The notes under the pieces are model-generated. The model was not told where the DNA came from, searched no databases, and worked only from the letters and a program-made list of their open reading frames with translations. 64,000 nucleotides of DNA, from positions 496,001 through 560,000 of the forward strand of contig JBLDXI010000010.1 of assembly GCA_047495785.1 (NCBI GenBank), read 5' to 3'. The stretch comes from Lepidodermella squamata. Lineage: Eukaryota; Animalia; Gastrotricha. The stretch's first letter is position 1; each line of letters starts with the position of its first letter. Shown one piece after another: positions 61,827-64,000 of the stretch. Position numbers and translations under genes: made by a program.

Positions 61827-63244
61827 TCCTTAATTAGCTAGCTTGTGTGCCCAAGTTTCTGCCAGCATTTTTAACACTAACACAACAGATTAAATGTTAT
61901 ATCGCTCAATCATCAGTGTCTATTTCAATCAACCCAATTAACTGAATTCAGACGAGGTAATTATTCATCAGAAAAAGTGCACCTGTGTTCCAAGTTTGAT
62001 CACGAGGATCCGTTTGGGACAAAACAGAAGAGAATGAGAGGAGGCTGGTTGAAAATACTCGAAGACAAATTCTGACCGATTTGCTTGAGTTTCTTTTGCT
62101 AAGCGCGCATTTTTCGTGGAATGAATCTGATCTCAACAGAGTGAAAACCACGTTAGCGAACATCAGATGCAAAAATATACGACAGGAAATCGTATGACCA
62201 AATGACATAAAAATTTCCGCAATCCTTGAAGTTGATATGCTTTATGTGCTACATCAGATACTACGCCATACTGGTTCAACCCGAACCATAGCGTTCAGTA
62301 ACCGCTGCTCCATCAGCTTTTCAACCTAGAAATTTCGAGCCTTCGATGTTGATGATGATCTCCCGCCTCTTGGCGTAGTCAGGGATGGTGCTTTCGCACC
62401 TATAACGCCCTTCGCCTGCTTCCCAGCCTAGCAGAAGTAATATTCATACCTGACTTAGTATCAATTTATTATATCAAAAGTAGTACCCATGGGCCAGGGC
62501 AATTAGACCCGCTAAAAATGTCACCCCAACCAACTGAAATAAGATTACAGGCATGCTGGTTCATCATAAAGCATCAGAAAAAGGTTAAACATGAATGAAG
62601 TATTTTTTTACTACTGTTAAATAAAATCAGTCACCATCTGGCATGCGGGCACGAGCGCTTCCTGCTATAACCGAGTTCTTTTTAAGAATAACCGTATTTA
62701 AGACACGCTATTCCACTCACTTTTTCATAAATTATTATTTTTTTTCAATTTTCAGCCGTGTTTATTCGCGATATCCTCAGCAATCCAGCCTGAACAAATG
62801 TTCTCATGATTTAACCTCGTATTTCTTGCGTAGCAGCATTTTAATATGGGAATCTCGGGAAATTTCTTTACGAGTCTTGAATATCCGGTAATCCGCTAAC
62901 TACAGCTGGTTGCCGATCTCTCACCAAGCCGATTTTTGCAAAATTCTCATTAACCAGCCGCATGGGAATCTAAACTAATCACTAATGAAACGAATGAAAT
63001 TTATGGCATGATAGTAATTACTTTTATTGTATTTAAATTTTATTATGGCTCAATATTTTAAATTTTCTGATTTTTTTCCATCTCATTTTGCTTTGCAGGG
63101 GGCTTTTTATTTCACTCATGAGGGACTAACAGGATTTCGCAGGGGCTTTACTCCAGGCAAATTTTTCAGGGGATTTGTACTTTTGCTTGTTTTACCAATA
63201 TTTATATTTAGATCAGTACTATTTATTATTTATTGTAATTTGAA

Positions 63245-64000
63245 ATGTTCGGTGGTTCACTTTCAATACAAACAATCTTGTCGATTGTTGTTGTTGGAAC
63301 GGTGAGTTAATCAAGTTCACCAAGTACTTCAATCAAGTTTTAACTTTTTATGGTTTTAGCTAGCAGCTGGCGAGTTTGAAGAGGTCCGGCAACAGCTTCA
63401 TTGGTTGGACTCCGAGTCGAGAAAAGATCGTGGCCTTATCCCAGTAATTTTCTTTACATTGGTATTCATGTTAAAGGTATGACGAATATCGCCTTGTTTC
63501 AGGTGCCGCTGGAGAAATTTGTTGTTAAACCCAACCGCATCTGGGTTGCCCAGGCGCCTCATCGTTACAACAGACGCATGATGGAAAAAGATCCCGACAT
63601 GACTCCTCTAGTCTCTGCGCTGGTGCTTGGAGATTTCGGCGGCCTGCCGTCTGTGCTGGTGGCCATCAAATTTGGCGAGGGCACAAGTAATTCTACTGAA
63701 CAAGAATAAGTAAGGCTTATAGACAGATTTTTTTATTCAGGTGAAGCTTTCAAGAACCGCTACATATCTGTATTCGAAAACTATAAACAAGAAACCTGCC
63801 TTGATTTCGTTATACTGGAAGCCAATAGCACCGTCACGCCAACTGCTGTTATTAACGAAATTGGCCTCGAGTATTTTGACATATTTCTGAAATGCGCCTG
63901 AATTCTTGAGTTTGCATTTGACACAGTGAACAATCTGATTCCGTGGTGGAGGGAACAACCTACATATATAGCGTAAACATAGAGGTATTGTTTACATTTT
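63245..64000 (+). CDS. 5' part of a secreted protein, possibly astacin-like; continues beyond the window
   Basis: Exons 63245-63301 (signal peptide), 63360-63443, 63503-63686 and 63741 onward are joined by 54-59 nt introns. FENYKQETCLDFV recalls the astacin TCIxF motif, but no HExxH is present in the window. Confidence 0.5.

Overview
This is a eukaryotic (invertebrate animal) locus from a compact genome. Almost all introns are canonical GT-AG and about 48-66 nt long, so the fragmented ORF track reflects splicing, not pseudogenes. The organism cannot be identified from this window. From left to right it contains: (1) five tightly packed, co-oriented housekeeping genes (MOCS3, ATXN3, MRPS10, a C15orf61 homolog, PSMG1), each with an unpaired 3' splice site just before its ATG, which is the signature of a trans-spliced operon; (2) an ARHGEF33-like gene; (3) two MET/RON-like receptor tyrosine kinases; (4) anillin and CDC40/PRP17; (5) a claudin-like tetraspan gene; (6) a minus-strand cluster with a third MET-like kinase and kinase-less paralogs; (7) three ankyrin-repeat paralogs around a Ser-Gly proteoglycan-like gene; (8) a galaxin-like gene, an orphan type II membrane protein, a GH19 chitinase-VWA/CLCA chimera, a UGT and a GABA-B-like class C GPCR; (9) the start of a secreted gene that runs off the window. 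The four most notable features are the diverged Sema-less 'IPT3-IPT4-only' MET-like receptor/decoy family, a very recent ~2 kb tandem duplication whose templated junction insert appears to create a new intron and an in-frame chimeric receptor, the GH19-CLCA fusion, and the operon. All homology calls are from motif recognition only; no searches were run.
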